Shown: positions 41,976-53,140 of the stretch, piece by piece | How the letters are laid out: every line of letters begins with the position of its first letter | Numbering within the stretch: position 1 is the first letter of the stretch | Origin: an uncultured Gemmataceae bacterium | Lineage (GTDB): Bacteria; Planctomycetota; Planctomycetia; Gemmatales; Gemmataceae | Reading direction: 5' to 3' | Length of the DNA: 64,000 nucleotides | NCBI GenBank assembly: GCA_963750165.1 | Contig: CAVVPN010000011.1 | Span: 1,440,001-1,504,000, forward strand | The notes under the pieces: model-generated | What the model was told of the DNA's origin: nothing | Database searches by the model: none | What the model saw: only the letters and a program-made list of their open reading frames with translations | Program-made: the position numbers and the translations under genes

Positions 41976-42479
41976 ATGAAAACCTCCCTGATCCTCCTCG
42001 CCGTCCTGGCCGTTTATGCGACCGCGCCCGCGGGCCAACCGGGCCCGTTCAAGGTCACCACGAAGCGCTCCGACGATGCCGTGAAGGTAACCGCGGAGCA
42101 AGCGTTCACGCGGTTCGACATCACCAGCCCGTTCGGCATCAGCCACGCGGTCATCGAGCGGACGGACGCGCGCTGGCCGCAGACGGTGGCGCTGCGGTTG
42201 CGCCTCAAGGGTCTGGAGGGCTTTCGTGCCGCCAACGGCAAGGTCACGCTCCACGCGGCGGGTTCAGGCAAGAAACAGCGACTGTGGAAGGATGGCAAGG
42301 AGAATGCGCCGCTGGACCGCAACAGCCCCTTCTGGATGGAAATCCGCGCCGTTGATAGGAATGGCAAGGTCGTGGATACGCCGGTCAAGGACGGCTATTT
42401 CGAGATGATGCTGCCGCGAGCGTTCTTCGCGGACAACCCGCGGTCGATCACCGTGAACTGGATCGACTTCTATCGATGA
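41976..42479 (+). CDS. Secreted hypothetical protein
   Basis: AAGGAG RBS, signal peptide, ends WIDFYR. Confidence 0.75.
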   Translation: MKTSLILLAVLAVYATAPAGQPGPFKVTTKRSDDAVKVTAEQAFTRFDITSPFGISHAVIERTDARWPQTVALRLRLKGLEGFRAANGKVTLHAAGSGKKQRLWKDGKENAPLDRNSPFWMEIRAVDRNGKVVDTPVKDGYFEMMLPRAFFADNPRSITVNWIDFYR

Positions 42480-42488
42480 ACAGAACTG

Positions 42489-42548
42489 CCAGGACGCCAG
42501 GACGCCAAGGAAGACAGAAGAAGTGTTTATTTTTTCCTGTCTTCCTTG
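42489..42548. repeat. CCAGGACG/CCAAGG hairpin with an AAGACAG core
   Basis: CAAGGAAGACAG ... CTGTCTTCCTTG; related to 43770-43845. Confidence 0.7.
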
Positions 42549-43021
42549 ACAGACCGGCAACAGCGCCTTACAATCTCTTCCATCCTCGCGGTGCCCGCCA
42601 GAGGACTTCTTCCATAATGAACGAATGCTTTTCTCCCCTCCAAAGGCAGTAATGCCTCGGCGAGTTTGACTCCGTGTTTGCGCATCCCCCTCAAAACAGT
42701 TGAGTGAACACGGTAGCGCTTTCGCCGCTTCAGGATTTTCGACGAACGTTCTGCTCCTTCCCCCACTGTCGTAACCACAACGATGTGGTTGGAGTAGCGC
42801 TGCGTACAGACTCAAGCGCCTGGCCAGTGTGCGGTAGTGCCTCACCGATGATCGCACTCGCCCCCTGACCTCGTTCGCGGAGGAAGTTGTTCCGCGAACC
42901 GTGGTTTCTCGTTGCCTTCGCCCCAGAGCTAGTTCGCCTGCAACCCGAATTGTCGTGCCGCTGCGTTGCGCGATCGCAACCAGCCGATTTCGCAGAACCC
43001 ATGAGTTGAAGAGGAGAGTTG

Positions 43022-43762
43022 ATGCGCCGGTTCATTTATTCAGCCCTGGCCGCCGCGGCGTTCCTCGCGGTGGTCGCGCCCGCAGCGCGGGCCGGTTACA
43101 TGGTGACCTTTGAGGCCGCTGGGGTTCAATCTTCCCTGGCCCAGAATATCAGCACGGAGAATTTCAACGAATTCTCAGCAGGAACTTACGGTAGTCTCAA
43201 TCTCCAGTTTGGCACCGGCACCACCCAGGCGGTCGCCACCAACGTGCACATCCAGAACGCGAACGAGTTCGGTGGGGCCGGCGGCACCAGCACGTTTTTC
43301 TCGCCTCAGAACACCAACGGCACCTCGAGCCTTTCGGTGGTGACACTGACCACTGCCCAATCCTATTTCGGGTTCTGGTGGTCTGCCGCGGACGCCTCGA
43401 ACGAGATCGATTTCTACTCCGGCGGGGTGGGCGGGACGCTCGTGGCGATGTTCGACCCGGGTCCCGCGCTCGCCTCTCTGACCGCGAGCGGCTACTTTGG
43501 GAACCCCAATTCGGACTTCCTGGGCCAGGACGGCGGTGAGAAGTTCGCCTACATGAACGTCTACGGCACCAATGGGATCACGTTCGACACCATCGTGTTC
43601 CACAGTAATCTCTTCGAGTCGGACAACTTCAGTATTTCCACCAACCCGGGCCAGACATCCGGCACGCCGGTCGGCACCCCCGAGCCCGCGTCGCTGGTCC
43701 TGTTCGGCATCTCCGCCGCGGCCTGCTTCGGCTACCGCTGGCGCCGCCGCAAGACCGTGTGA
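43022..43762 (+). CDS. PEP-CTERM exosortase-targeted surface protein
   Basis: Signal peptide; YFGFWWSAAD, FESDN; TPEPASLVLFG, TM helix, RRRK. Confidence 0.88.
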   Translation: MRRFIYSALAAAAFLAVVAPAARAGYMVTFEAAGVQSSLAQNISTENFNEFSAGTYGSLNLQFGTGTTQAVATNVHIQNANEFGGAGGTSTFFSPQNTNGTSSLSVVTLTTAQSYFGFWWSAADASNEIDFYSGGVGGTLVAMFDPGPALASLTASGYFGNPNSDFLGQDGGEKFAYMNVYGTNGITFDTIVFHSNLFESDNFSISTNPGQTSGTPVGTPEPASLVLFGISAAACFGYRWRRRKTV

Positions 43763-43769
43763 GCAAAAC

Positions 43770-43845
43770 CGCCAAGGCGCCATAACGCCAAGGAAGACAG
43801 AAAAAGAATTAAAACACTTTTTCAGTCTTCCTTGGCGTTATGACG
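43770..43845. repeat. CGCCAAGG hairpin with an AAGACAG core
   Basis: CATAACGCCAAGGAAGACAGAAAAAG ... CTTTTTCAGTCTTCCTTGGCGTTATG. Confidence 0.75.
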
Positions 43846-43855
43846 GTTCTGCTTT

Positions 43856-45127
43856 TCAATCCTCCAGACGGAACAGTTTGCCCAGCGCCTCCAGCAGCGT
43901 GTGACGGCCGCCCTCGGGCGCTTCCTTCGCCAGCGCCGAGATCGGCCCGTGCAGGAACTGGTTCTGCAACAACTGAAACGCCCCCTCGATCTCCTCCCGA
44001 TCCGCGTGCGTCAGTTTGCCGTTCAACCGCGCCAGCAGCCGGTTGACAATCGCCGCACGCTTCGCCTCGAAGTCGCGCGTCAGCCGCGCAATCACCGGGC
44101 CGTTGCGCCGCCGCGTCCAGTCGCTCAGGAAGCGGCGCACCTCCTGCTCGATGATGGCCTCCGCCGGCGCCACGTGCTTGAGCCGGTCGCGCAGCGTCTG
44201 CTCGCGGATGCGCTTCAGGTCGTCGATGTTGAACAGACAGGTGCGGTCGCCGTCGTGGATGCGCGGATCGAAGTCGCGCGGCACCGCGATGTCCAGGATC
44301 ACCACTCGCCCCGCCGTCCGCTGCGCCAGCACCTTGTCGTAACGCCGCCGCGGCATGATCGGTTCCGGCGCTCCCGTCGTGCTCAGCACGATGTCTGCCT
44401 TCGCCAGCGCGTCGTCCAGGTCGTCCCAGGCGATGGCCTGACCGCCGCAGCCCTGCGCCACCTGCTGCGCCTTCTCCGGGCTGCGGTTGGCCACCCAGAT
44501 GCGCTGCGGCCGCAGTCCCTTCAGGTGTTTCAACGTTAGCTCGCCCATCTTGCCGGCGCCGATCACCAGCACCGTCTTGTCGTCGAAGTGCTCGAACACC
44601 TGGCGGACGTACTCGACCGCAGCGCTCGACACTGAGACACGACCGCGGGCGATGCCGGTCTCGGTGCGGACACGCTTGGCGGTGCGCTGGGCCCACTGGA
44701 ACAGCGGATGCAGCACCACGCCGGCCGCGGCGTGCTTGTGGGCCAGCTCGTACGCTTGCCGGACCTGACCGGCGACCTGGCCCTCGCCGATAATCAGGCT
44801 GTCCAGGCTCGCGGTCACGCGGAACAGGTGGCGGACGGCGTCGTCCTGACGGTGTTCATAGAGGTGCGGCCGCACGTCCTCGATCCGCAGGCTGTGGAAC
44901 TCGGCGAGGAACTCGGCAATCAACTCGGCATCCGGGGCGACGCGCACGTCGCTGCGAGCCAGGTACAGCTCAACGCGGTTGCAGGTGCTCAGGATGACCG
45001 CCTCGCAGCCGTAGCGGACGCCGAGCTGTTCGAGGGCGGCCGGCAACTTCTCCGCGGCGAACGCCAGGCGCTCGCGCACCGCCACGGGGGCGGACTTGAA
45101 GTTACAGCCGATGGCCAGGAGTAGCAT
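43856..45127 (-). CDS. hemA: Glutamyl-tRNA reductase
   Basis: LSTCNRVELY, SLDSLIIGEGQV, KRVRTET, IGAGKMG, DIAVPRD. Confidence 0.97.
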   Translation of the reverse strand: MLLLAIGCNFKSAPVAVRERLAFAAEKLPAALEQLGVRYGCEAVILSTCNRVELYLARSDVRVAPDAELIAEFLAEFHSLRIEDVRPHLYEHRQDDAVRHLFRVTASLDSLIIGEGQVAGQVRQAYELAHKHAAAGVVLHPLFQWAQRTAKRVRTETGIARGRVSVSSAAVEYVRQVFEHFDDKTVLVIGAGKMGELTLKHLKGLRPQRIWVANRSPEKAQQVAQGCGGQAIAWDDLDDALAKADIVLSTTGAPEPIMPRRRYDKVLAQRTAGRVVILDIAVPRDFDPRIHDGDRTCLFNIDDLKRIREQTLRDRLKHVAPAEAIIEQEVRRFLSDWTRRRNGPVIARLTRDFEAKRAAIVNRLLARLNGKLTHADREEIEGAFQLLQNQFLHGPISALAKEAPEGGRHTLLEALGKLFRLED

Positions 45128-45137
45128 CAGCGGCCCC

Positions 45138-45950
45138 CTACGGCACGAACGCATGAGCGGACACCAGCGCGAACAGCGTCAGCGCGAACGCCACGATGGT
45201 CAGCAGCGCCAGCTGCCGGCCGCCCGCGTGGGCGGCGTAGCGCAGGTACAGCAGGATGGCGAACACCAGCCACAGCGCCACGGTGCTGAAGATTTTCAGG
45301 CTATCCCACGCAGCCAGGTTCTGGTGCAGCAGCAGCACGACGCCGAGCAGCAGGCCGGCGCTCAGCAGCGGAAACGTCAGCAGCACGGCATGACGGTTCA
45401 TGGTCTCCAGGCGTTCGAGGCTGAGCAGTTTCAAACCGCGGCCGGGCGGCAGCTTGGCTCGCAGACGGCGCACCTGCACCAGGTACATGACGCTGGCCAC
45501 GAAGCCGACGCAGACGCCGACCGCCGCCAGCAGCAGCAGACCGCCATGTACCGCCGGCCAGAACTGCCGGGCGTCGAACGTCTGCCAACCGGTGTCGGCG
45601 GTCGGGCGCGTGTCCGCGCACGGCGCCAGCTTGGTCAGCACCGCCAGGCCGGTCACCACCGGCAGCACGAACAACCCCCAGGCCACGCGCGGATGGTGGA
45701 TCGAACCATACAGGTAGAAGATCGCCAGCACCCACGCCAGCACGGCCAGCGAACCGAATGGCGTCATGACCACGCCGGGGTTCAGGGCCAGGAAGACCGT
45801 GTTCGCGACCCAGCCGGCGCCGGCGACAACCTGGGCCAGCAGTCGCTGCACGGGCCGCGGCCGCAACAGGTGCCAGCACTCCAGCGCCAGCGCCAGGCTG
45901 TAGCTGTAGACGAAGCAGTTCTCGGTAATGCCGGCCAGGATGGCGTACAT
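45138..45950 (-). CDS. CcsA/HemX-like cytochrome c assembly membrane protein
   Basis: Multiple TM helices, AVHG, SVMYLVQ, SLERLE; adjacent to hemA. Confidence 0.8.
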   Translation of the reverse strand: MYAILAGITENCFVYSYSLALALECWHLLRPRPVQRLLAQVVAGAGWVANTVFLALNPGVVMTPFGSLAVLAWVLAIFYLYGSIHHPRVAWGLFVLPVVTGLAVLTKLAPCADTRPTADTGWQTFDARQFWPAVHGGLLLLAAVGVCVGFVASVMYLVQVRRLRAKLPPGRGLKLLSLERLETMNRHAVLLTFPLLSAGLLLGVVLLLHQNLAAWDSLKIFSTVALWLVFAILLYLRYAAHAGGRQLALLTIVAFALTLFALVSAHAFVP

Positions 45951-46016
45951 GGTGTGAATTATATAGGTCGGTCAGCAGTTCCAGCCAGCGGGCGAAGGCG
46001 TCATCTCATAAAGAGC

Positions 46017-46502
46017 CCGGCAGGGGGTGTCCAGATCGTAGTACCGCCTTTAGAGCGGTTCACAGCCGCGTGGATCACGCCCCGTAGGACGGCTCTCCAG
46101 AGCCGTCTCCGAGACAAGGACGGCTCTGGAGAGCCGTCCCACGACTTGTAGTCCACGCGACTGGGAACCGCTCTAGCGCGGTTCGCAGTCGCGTGGCCCA
46201 CAAACGGCAGGCCGGCGCTGCCAGGCGCCGCATCTCGACGTATGAAAAAGTTGGCGTTCTTGGCGTTCTTGGCGTCCTTGCTGTGGCAACCGCCGCCGTT
46301 GGTTGTCGCGCCATGCCACTCCCACGGTGCCAGGGCGCCGATTCTCGACGTGTGAAAAAGTTGGCCCCCTTGGCCCCCTTGGCCCCCTTGCTGTGGCAAT
46401 GCAGGCCCCCTGCCGGTCAAGCTGTGCCCGCCGTCCCACCCCGCGCGATCCGCGTGCGAACTGCTCTAAAGGCGGTACTACGAACCGGACACCCACTGCC
46501 GG
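46017..46502. mobile_element. Nested miniature elements: outer hairpin split at TA by two tandem TAGAGCGGTTC elements
   Basis: Outer 36-bp IR 46017-46052/46467-46502; element A 46051-46175 (GTAG-REP doublet 46083-46143); element B 46174-46468. Confidence 0.8.
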
Positions 46503-46566
46503 ATTGTGCATCAGAGAGTGTCAGCGCGCAAGCCGCAAGCGGCGGTCCCGACAGGTTGAAGCGCCA

Positions 46567-47658
<1,092 letters not shown>

Positions 47659-47673
47659 TCCTGAGCTTGGTCC

Positions 47674-48606
47674 TCACGTGGCCGGCGGCCGGATGCCCTT
47701 CTGGGCGAGCAGGTGCGCCAGGTAATCAACCGACAGCCGCGGGTCGTCGAGCAGCAGGCTGAACATCTCCGTGCGCACGTAATCCTGCAGGTCGTCGCCG
47801 GTCCAGCCCTGCTCCAGCAGCCGCTTGCCGATGAACTCCAGGCACTCCTCGCGCAGGTGATCGGTGCGCCGCGACACGGTGCCCTCGTGGACTTGCAGCA
47901 GCGCCGCCACCTCGCGCTGACTCAGGTTGTAGCGCAGCCGCAGGCCGAGGATGAGCAGTTCGTTGTCCTTGAGCGTCGTCAGGTAGTCGCGCGCGACCTG
48001 ACAAAACGCCTCGTGCCAGCGGCCGTCGCCGGACGTGGGCAGCGGCAGCGACAGGTCGTCCTCCGGCAGCGCCAGCACGCCCCCCCGGCGGCGCAACTGC
48101 GAGATGTGCCAGTTCTGAAAGACGCGAATCAGCCACGGCACCAGCGGCCGTTCACCGTCGAAGCGGGCCAGCACCGGCGTGCCGCTCGGCCCCTCCGGCA
48201 CGTACAGGTGGCTCCAGAACTCGGTGACGGCGCTGTCCTGGCGCTCCTCGTCGCGCGGGTAGAGACGGGCGGCGCAGGCGCGGAGGGCATCCACGAGCAG
48301 ACAGTCACTGCGGCCGGCGCGGGCGGCGAACAGATACTCCCACGCCCGGCCGTCGCCCTCCAGGCACGCGGAGGCGACATACCAGTCCAGCGGGTGCAAG
48401 TTGTCGAGGTACTTCGGCCAGGAGGCGTCACCGTTGGCCTTGGCGGCGTAGACCTCGTAAGTGCGGCGCAGGTGGTGTTCGCAGCGCGGCGCGGGCAGCA
48501 CCACAACCGGCAGCTGTAGCCGGCAAAAGTGGTAGAGCAGGTGCGCATGGCGGCCGAGGTCGCCGTTGTGCGGCGCGGCGGCGGGGGCTTGCACTTCTTC
48601 GGCCAT
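47674..48606 (-). CDS. Atypical sigma-70/ECF-family sigma factor
   Basis: ACLEGDGRAWE, LARFDGERPLVPWL, LSQREVAALLQVHEGTVSR. Confidence 0.75.
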   Translation of the reverse strand: MAEEVQAPAAAPHNGDLGRHAHLLYHFCRLQLPVVVLPAPRCEHHLRRTYEVYAAKANGDASWPKYLDNLHPLDWYVASACLEGDGRAWEYLFAARAGRSDCLLVDALRACAARLYPRDEERQDSAVTEFWSHLYVPEGPSGTPVLARFDGERPLVPWLIRVFQNWHISQLRRRGGVLALPEDDLSLPLPTSGDGRWHEAFCQVARDYLTTLKDNELLILGLRLRYNLSQREVAALLQVHEGTVSRRTDHLREECLEFIGKRLLEQGWTGDDLQDYVRTEMFSLLLDDPRLSVDYLAHLLAQKGIRPPAT

Positions 48607-48692
48607 GGGCACACGCGCTCCTTGTCCACGAGACGGCCCGGCGGCGAACACGCTCCATTATAGCGGAGCCGTGGCCGGATGAGGAACCGCCG

Positions 48693-49148
48693 TCACGGCC
48701 GTGGCGTGCGCCGCCAGCCGTCGCGCCGCTCCATTGGCACAACCCGCACCGTCTTTCCAGGCCCCGCCTCCAGGCGATAGGTGAGCGTATTGCTGACGGC
48801 CACGAACTGACCCTTCTGCCCACTGCCCTTGAAGCTGGGGTAGAACACCTCCAGCACGACGGCGTAGGTGCCGGGTTCCTTGTGCGGCAGCGTCAGCGTC
48901 GGCTGGGCGCGGGCGTCGATGGTCGTCAACTCCTTGCCGTCCTTGAGGAAGTGATACTGCAACCGAAAGCCGGGGTCGTCCTTTACATCGCTGCGGCGGA
49001 GCTGCTTGCCGTCGAGCTTCAGCGTCGCCAGCGGCTGGACGTGCTTGTAGACGCCGAGCTTGTACGTCGGCTGGGCACGGGCGGCGGCGGGCAGGACAAC
49101 GAGCAGCACGGCGGGCAGGAGGAAGCGGGCGGTGCGTGAGGTCGTCAT
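48693..49148 (-). CDS. Secreted hypothetical protein
   Basis: GGAG RBS, signal peptide ARA-Q, beta-rich. Confidence 0.7.
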   Translation of the reverse strand: MTTSRTARFLLPAVLLVVLPAAARAQPTYKLGVYKHVQPLATLKLDGKQLRRSDVKDDPGFRLQYHFLKDGKELTTIDARAQPTLTLPHKEPGTYAVVLEVFYPSFKGSGQKGQFVAVSNTLTYRLEAGPGKTVRVVPMERRDGWRRTPRP

Positions 49149-49214
49149 GGTTGGCGACTCCGGTCGGGTGGGTGGTTTGGGGCGAAGGTGATTGTACCAG
49201 CCCGCCGGAACCGG

Positions 49215-50828
49215 TCAGCGCCGGTAGCGCGCTCGGGCCAGGTGGTCCTTGACCGACAGTTCGTCGATCTTGCGCTTCGGTTCGTCGTCGTTCGGCGTCA
49301 GTTTGCGGACCTGCTCCCACAACGGGATGGCGCGCTTCCAGTCCTTGCGCTGCTCGAGCAGATTCGCCAGCGCCCGCAGCAGTGCGACGCTGTTCGGCGC
49401 CTGTTCGCGGCCCTGCTCCAGCAGCCACACCGCCAGGTCCGAGACGCCCAGCGCCGTCGCCGCCTCGGCCATGTCGATGTGCGTCTCCGCGTCGGCCGGC
49501 GCCCGGGCCAGCACCTCCTCGCCGTGCTCCAGCACCTTGCGCCAGTCCGCGCTCGCCTTCGCCGCCCGCAGTTTCGCCTTCAGCGCCAGCACGTTCAGCG
49601 AACCCAGCCAGCGGCCCAGCACGTTGCCGGACACCTTGCCGTTCAGGTCGCGCAGCGTCTTGCGATAACCCTGCGTGAACGGGTCCAGGTTCAGGCAGTT
49701 CGTCAGCAACTGGCGCACATAGTCCTCGCCGCCGCCCTCGTCGATCACCTGCACCGCGCGCTCGTAAAACGCCCCCGCCGCCTTCACCTGCTCCGGCGTC
49801 ACCCCCGGCCCGCCGCCCAGCATCGGCACCGGCTCCGGGTCCGGCTCCGGCCTGGCCGCCGGCTTCGCCTTCTTGCGCCGCGGCTTCCGCGGCACGGCTT
49901 CCGTTTCGCCGGAGGACGGCGGCGGTGAGAAGTCGGCCGCCCGCGTCGGCCGGGCCGCCGCTTCCGCGGACGCCTCGGCGATGAGCACCTTCAGCTCGGC
50001 CACCAGTTCGGCCGGCGTGGCGTAACGGTCGTCCGGATCCTTGGCCAGCATCTTTTGCAGGATGTCCCAGAACGCCGCCGACACCGCCGCGTTGAAGTCG
50101 CGCACGTCCGGCGGCGCCGCCTCCATGTGCTTGTAGACGCGCTCGCCCAGGCCGCCCTCGGCGAACGGCGGCTTGCCGGCCAGCATGTGGTAGGCAGTGC
50201 AGCCCAGCGAATAAATGTCGCTGCGGACATCGGTGCCGCGGCTGTCGCGGGCCTGCTCCGGCGACATGTAATCGACTGTGCCGACCGTGCTGCCCTCGCG
50301 CGTCACCTTGAACTCGTCGTCGTCGTGGCCCAGCGCCAGCCCCAGGTCGGTCAGCTTGACGATCACCTGGCCGCCGCCGCGCGCCATCAGGAAGTTGGAC
50401 GGCTTGATGTCGCGGTGGATGACGCCCATCTGGTGGGCGTGGTCGAGCGCACGGGCGGCCTGGAAGAGAATGCGCCGGGCCTTCTCGGGCGGCAGCTGGC
50501 CCTTGCGCTGGATGTATCGGCCCAGGTCGATGCCGTCCACGTATTCCATCGCGAGGTAGTACAGTTCGTGCTCGGCGTCGTGGCCGAATTCGTAGAGGGT
50601 GACGATGTGCGGATGGCTGAGGCGGGCGGCGTGGCGGGCCTCACGGCGGAAGCGCTCCAGCAGGTTCGGCTGCCGCGCCAGCTGGGCCGGCAGCACCTTC
50701 AGTGCGACGGTGCGGCCCAGCCCCGCGTCCACGGCGCGGTACACGGTGCCCATGCCGCCAACGGCGATGAGACTCTGCACCTCGTACTTGCCGAGGTGCG
50801 TGCCGGGCTGCAGAGGGGTGTTGACCAT
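49215..50828 (-). CDS. Ser/Thr protein kinase with a TPR-like C-terminus
   Basis: GGMGTVY, VALKVL, HRDIKPSN, DLG, YMSPEQ. Confidence 0.93.
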   Translation of the reverse strand: MVNTPLQPGTHLGKYEVQSLIAVGGMGTVYRAVDAGLGRTVALKVLPAQLARQPNLLERFRREARHAARLSHPHIVTLYEFGHDAEHELYYLAMEYVDGIDLGRYIQRKGQLPPEKARRILFQAARALDHAHQMGVIHRDIKPSNFLMARGGGQVIVKLTDLGLALGHDDDEFKVTREGSTVGTVDYMSPEQARDSRGTDVRSDIYSLGCTAYHMLAGKPPFAEGGLGERVYKHMEAAPPDVRDFNAAVSAAFWDILQKMLAKDPDDRYATPAELVAELKVLIAEASAEAAARPTRAADFSPPPSSGETEAVPRKPRRKKAKPAARPEPDPEPVPMLGGGPGVTPEQVKAAGAFYERAVQVIDEGGGEDYVRQLLTNCLNLDPFTQGYRKTLRDLNGKVSGNVLGRWLGSLNVLALKAKLRAAKASADWRKVLEHGEEVLARAPADAETHIDMAEAATALGVSDLAVWLLEQGREQAPNSVALLRALANLLEQRKDWKRAIPLWEQVRKLTPNDDEPKRKIDELSVKDHLARARYRR

Positions 50829-51444
50829 GCGCGGTTCTGTCCGGTGGCGACCGTCAGTGGTGAGCAGCGGCGACAGCACCGGCAAACACCAGGAAAAGAA
50901 AACGCTCCCGGTGAATACAACTCACCTGTTCACCTCAGGAGAATGGGAAGCCTGGGGCGGCCATGCTATTGGGTGCCACTTACCATTATATCACGTCGCA
51001 AAGGGCACGCCAAACCGGTCTGCGAATCAGCTTGTAACTTTGGACGCCTGTTGTATTTTTTGCGCTGTTTTCATCCATGCGACCGGAATCGTGGACAGTT
51101 TTTCGCCCTGAACCAGGGACGCAGGACCAATCACACAATCTTAACAATACGTAAGATTTGATCCCACGTTCCTTTTCTGCTTGAAGATGCGTCCCGCGTT
51201 TTTACTTCCTTTCGAGATACCAGACGTCGGCGCGGTTTTTGCAAAAGAGACCAATGAACGACCCGGCCTGACCGCACGACGGCGCCGGGTCGCGAACTAC
51301 CATCAACGTCCTGAACCGCTTCCCTGACATAGGTTTCCGGCGGCAGCGACATGCGAAGCGGCGGAGCGAGGGTTCCGGATTGCGATCCAGTGGCAGCAAA
51401 CGGGAGTGGCACGGATGGCTTCATTCGCAGCAGGGAGATCGTTT

Positions 51445-51915
51445 GTGAACTGCTCACTGACATCTGCCGTGCTGACCCTGTTCGCCGTCCTGCCGGCGTG
51501 GGCGCAGGACGCCGCTTCCCAAACTGACGCGGCACGCTTGCAGGGCAAGTGGAAGGTCGTGGCCCTGGAGGAGGAAGGCAAAAACGTTCTCAAGGACAAG
51601 GACGAAATCACCGTGGTCTTCAAGGGCGACAAGGCCATTTACGACGAGAAGGGCAAGAAGCCGGATGAGGCCACGTTCAAGGTGAACGCCACCAAGAAGC
51701 CAAAGCACCTCGACCTGGTGCTGCCGCCCAACAAGGCCGACAAGACCGACAAGGGCATGAAAATTCAAGCGATTTACGAGCTGGACGGCGACACGCTGAA
51801 ACTGTGCTACCGCATGCCGCCGCCCACCGCCAAGGACCAAACGCTGACCGAACGGCCGATGGAGTTCGACTCCCGCAAGGGAGGCACGCTCCTGCGGTTG
51901 CAGCGCGTGAAGTAG
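51445..51915 (+). CDS. TIGR03067 domain protein 1; start uncertain
   Basis: LQGKWKVV, KKPKHLDL, IYELDGDTLKLC. Confidence 0.85.
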   Translation: MNCSLTSAVLTLFAVLPAWAQDAASQTDAARLQGKWKVVALEEEGKNVLKDKDEITVVFKGDKAIYDEKGKKPDEATFKVNATKKPKHLDLVLPPNKADKTDKGMKIQAIYELDGDTLKLCYRMPPPTAKDQTLTERPMEFDSRKGGTLLRLQRVK

Positions 51916-52000
51916 GCCCGCGAGCGGCGCGGGAAGTTTGGGGTTGCGGGGGGACGGCCTCCCGAACTCAAGGTTCGCCCGTTACCACAGGAGTGAAGAA

Positions 52001-52456
52001 GTGAAGCGGACGGTACTGGCACTGGCGGTGGTGGTCGCAAGTGGGCTGGCGGTTGCAGCAGCAACGCAGGGCGCCGGCAACTCCGAAAAGGTACGATTAC
52101 AGGGCAGCTGGGAGCTGTCAAAGATGAGCATCCAGGGCAAGGAATTCACACTGCCAAGCGGCGCGAAGATGAGTGTCACGTTCCAGGGCAACAAGGTCAT
52201 CGCTCGCCAGAACGGCAAGCCCGACGAGGAGACGACCTACACCCTGGACACGAGCAAGAAGCCGCACGAAATGATCGTCGCCCCCACGTCCAGGGAGAAA
52301 GAGATGAAGGGCATCTTCAAAATCGAGGGCGACACCCTGACGTTCGCCGTCGGCAATGCGCCCGACACGCCGCCGCCCAGCGGCTTCGACGCCCGGGACG
52401 CGATGGTGATGATCTTCAAGCGGGCGGACAAGCGGGCGGAGGGAAACGGAAACTAA
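52001..52456 (+). CDS. TIGR03067 domain protein 2
   Basis: LQGSW, TLDTSKKP, GIFKIEGDTL. Confidence 0.85.
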   Translation: MKRTVLALAVVVASGLAVAAATQGAGNSEKVRLQGSWELSKMSIQGKEFTLPSGAKMSVTFQGNKVIARQNGKPDEETTYTLDTSKKPHEMIVAPTSREKEMKGIFKIEGDTLTFAVGNAPDTPPPSGFDARDAMVMIFKRADKRAEGNGN

Positions 52457-52481
52457 GCATAAGTTTGAGCCTGATAAACGT

Positions 52482-52534
52482 GGCGGCCAGTTTCCCACTT
52501 GCGGAGAAGATCAGCAAGCGGGAAACTGGCCGCC
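52482..52534. repeat. GTGG-type REP hairpin
   Basis: GGCGGCCAGTTTCCCACTTGC ... GCAAGCGGGAAACTGGCCGCC. Confidence 0.7.
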
Positions 52535-52621
52535 CCGGCGCCGAGGGTGGTTGTCGGCGGCTCCCTTTTACCCTACCCTGGTAAGTAGTTTTTCGCCCGG
52601 TCCCTGCGGAGGAGCGGTCTC

Positions 52622-53053
52622 GTGAAGCGCAAGGCGTTGATGCTGGCGGTGACGGTCCTGACCGCGGCGGCCGCGGCGCTGGCGGGCGGCGCCGGCTCCA
52701 GCGACCGGGCCAAACTGCAAGGGAAGTGGGAGTTGACCGGTGTTCGCATTGCCGGCAGTGACATCCCCGCCGGTTCGGTTCGACTCGTGCTCACCTTCCA
52801 GGGCGACAAGGTCATTGCCTGGAAAGACGATAAGAAGGAAGAGGAAACAACCTACACCCTGGACGAGACCAAGAAGCCCAGGCACCTGACCGTGGCCCGC
52901 ACCGCCAAGGAAAAAGAGATGCGCGCGGTCTACCAGGTGGACGGCGACACCCTGAAAATCGCGGTGTCTGCCAAGGGGACCGACGGCGACCGCCCCGGCG
53001 CGCTCGACGGCCCGGATGCCGTGCTGTTGCTGTTCAAGCGTGTCAAGAAGTAG
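52622..53053 (+). CDS. TIGR03067 domain protein 3
   Basis: LQGKW, TLDETKKP, VYQVDGDTLK. Confidence 0.85.
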   Translation: MKRKALMLAVTVLTAAAAALAGGAGSSDRAKLQGKWELTGVRIAGSDIPAGSVRLVLTFQGDKVIAWKDDKKEEETTYTLDETKKPRHLTVARTAKEKEMRAVYQVDGDTLKIAVSAKGTDGDRPGALDGPDAVLLLFKRVKK

Positions 53054-53140
53054 CTGCGCCCATTGCCGGGCAGGGGACTGGGTACAATCGCCCGTGTCGG
53101 AAGCGTCGGACATTCGTTCTCTGGGTTGAGGAGTGTGCAT

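Noticed and set aside
42550..43020. Riboswitch or small ORFs upstream of the PEP-CTERM gene
   Set aside because: No recognisable aptamer motif; the ORFs lack an RBS and coding-like composition
51137..51158. Palindrome AATCTTA-N8-TAAGATT as an operator
   Set aside because: Single occurrence with 7-bp arms; no regulator can be assigned
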